A stretch of DNA of 5,379 nt, taken from assembly GCF_006345805.1 (NCBI RefSeq), contig NW_021830007.1, positions 1 through 5,379 on the forward strand. The letters run 5' to 3'. The stretch comes from Octopus sinensis. Taxonomy: Eukaryota. Each line of letters starts with the position of its first letter. The stretch's first letter is position 1. Both the position numbers and the translations under genes were made by a program. This document shows, in pieces, positions 5,216-5,379 of this stretch. The notes beneath the pieces are model-generated. The model worked only from the letters and a program-made list of their open reading frames with translations. It ran no database searches and had not been told where the DNA came from.

Positions 5216-5379
5216 GACTCACTCACTCGCTCTCTCGCCCTCTCTCTCTCCCTCTCGCTCTCTCTCTCTCTCTATCTATCTCTCGTTCTCGCTCTCTCTC
5301 ACTCTCGCTCTCTCTCACTCTCTCTGAGTCACTCACTCTCTCTCTCTCTGATTCACTTACTCACTCTCTCACTCACTCT
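4987..5379. repeat. Degenerate (CT)n polypyrimidine tract with CTCA/CTCG/CTAT variants, continuing past the window edge
   Basis: Directly visible; source of the poly-LS part of ORF 4795..5217. Confidence 0.97.

Noticed and set aside
4795-5217. ORF 4795..5217 (140 aa)
   Set aside because: Leu/Ser repeat produced by the (CT)n tract.

Overview
AT-rich, repeat-dominated eukaryotic non-coding DNA with no intact protein-coding gene. The SINE sequences match my recollection of octopus (coleoid cephalopod) tRNA-derived SINEs, so an Octopus genome is inferred but not verified. From left to right the window holds: a SINE head (-); a frameshifted Penelope-like GIY-YIG endonuclease remnant; a 2x140-bp duplication; two 5'-truncated R4/Dong-type LINE pieces embedded in (AAT)n arrays; the 3' half of a second SINE family; long (TA)n tracts; a 224-bp element bounded by 38-bp inverted repeats that contains a degenerate type I hammerhead-ribozyme-like fold; a perfect 21-bp hairpin; a full SINE that restarts internally and, with 179 bp of extra sequence, is flanked by a 9-10 bp direct repeat; and (AAC)n and (CT)n tracts. 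Almost all supplied ORFs are microsatellite artefacts. Family assignments rest on recalled motifs, not on database searches.
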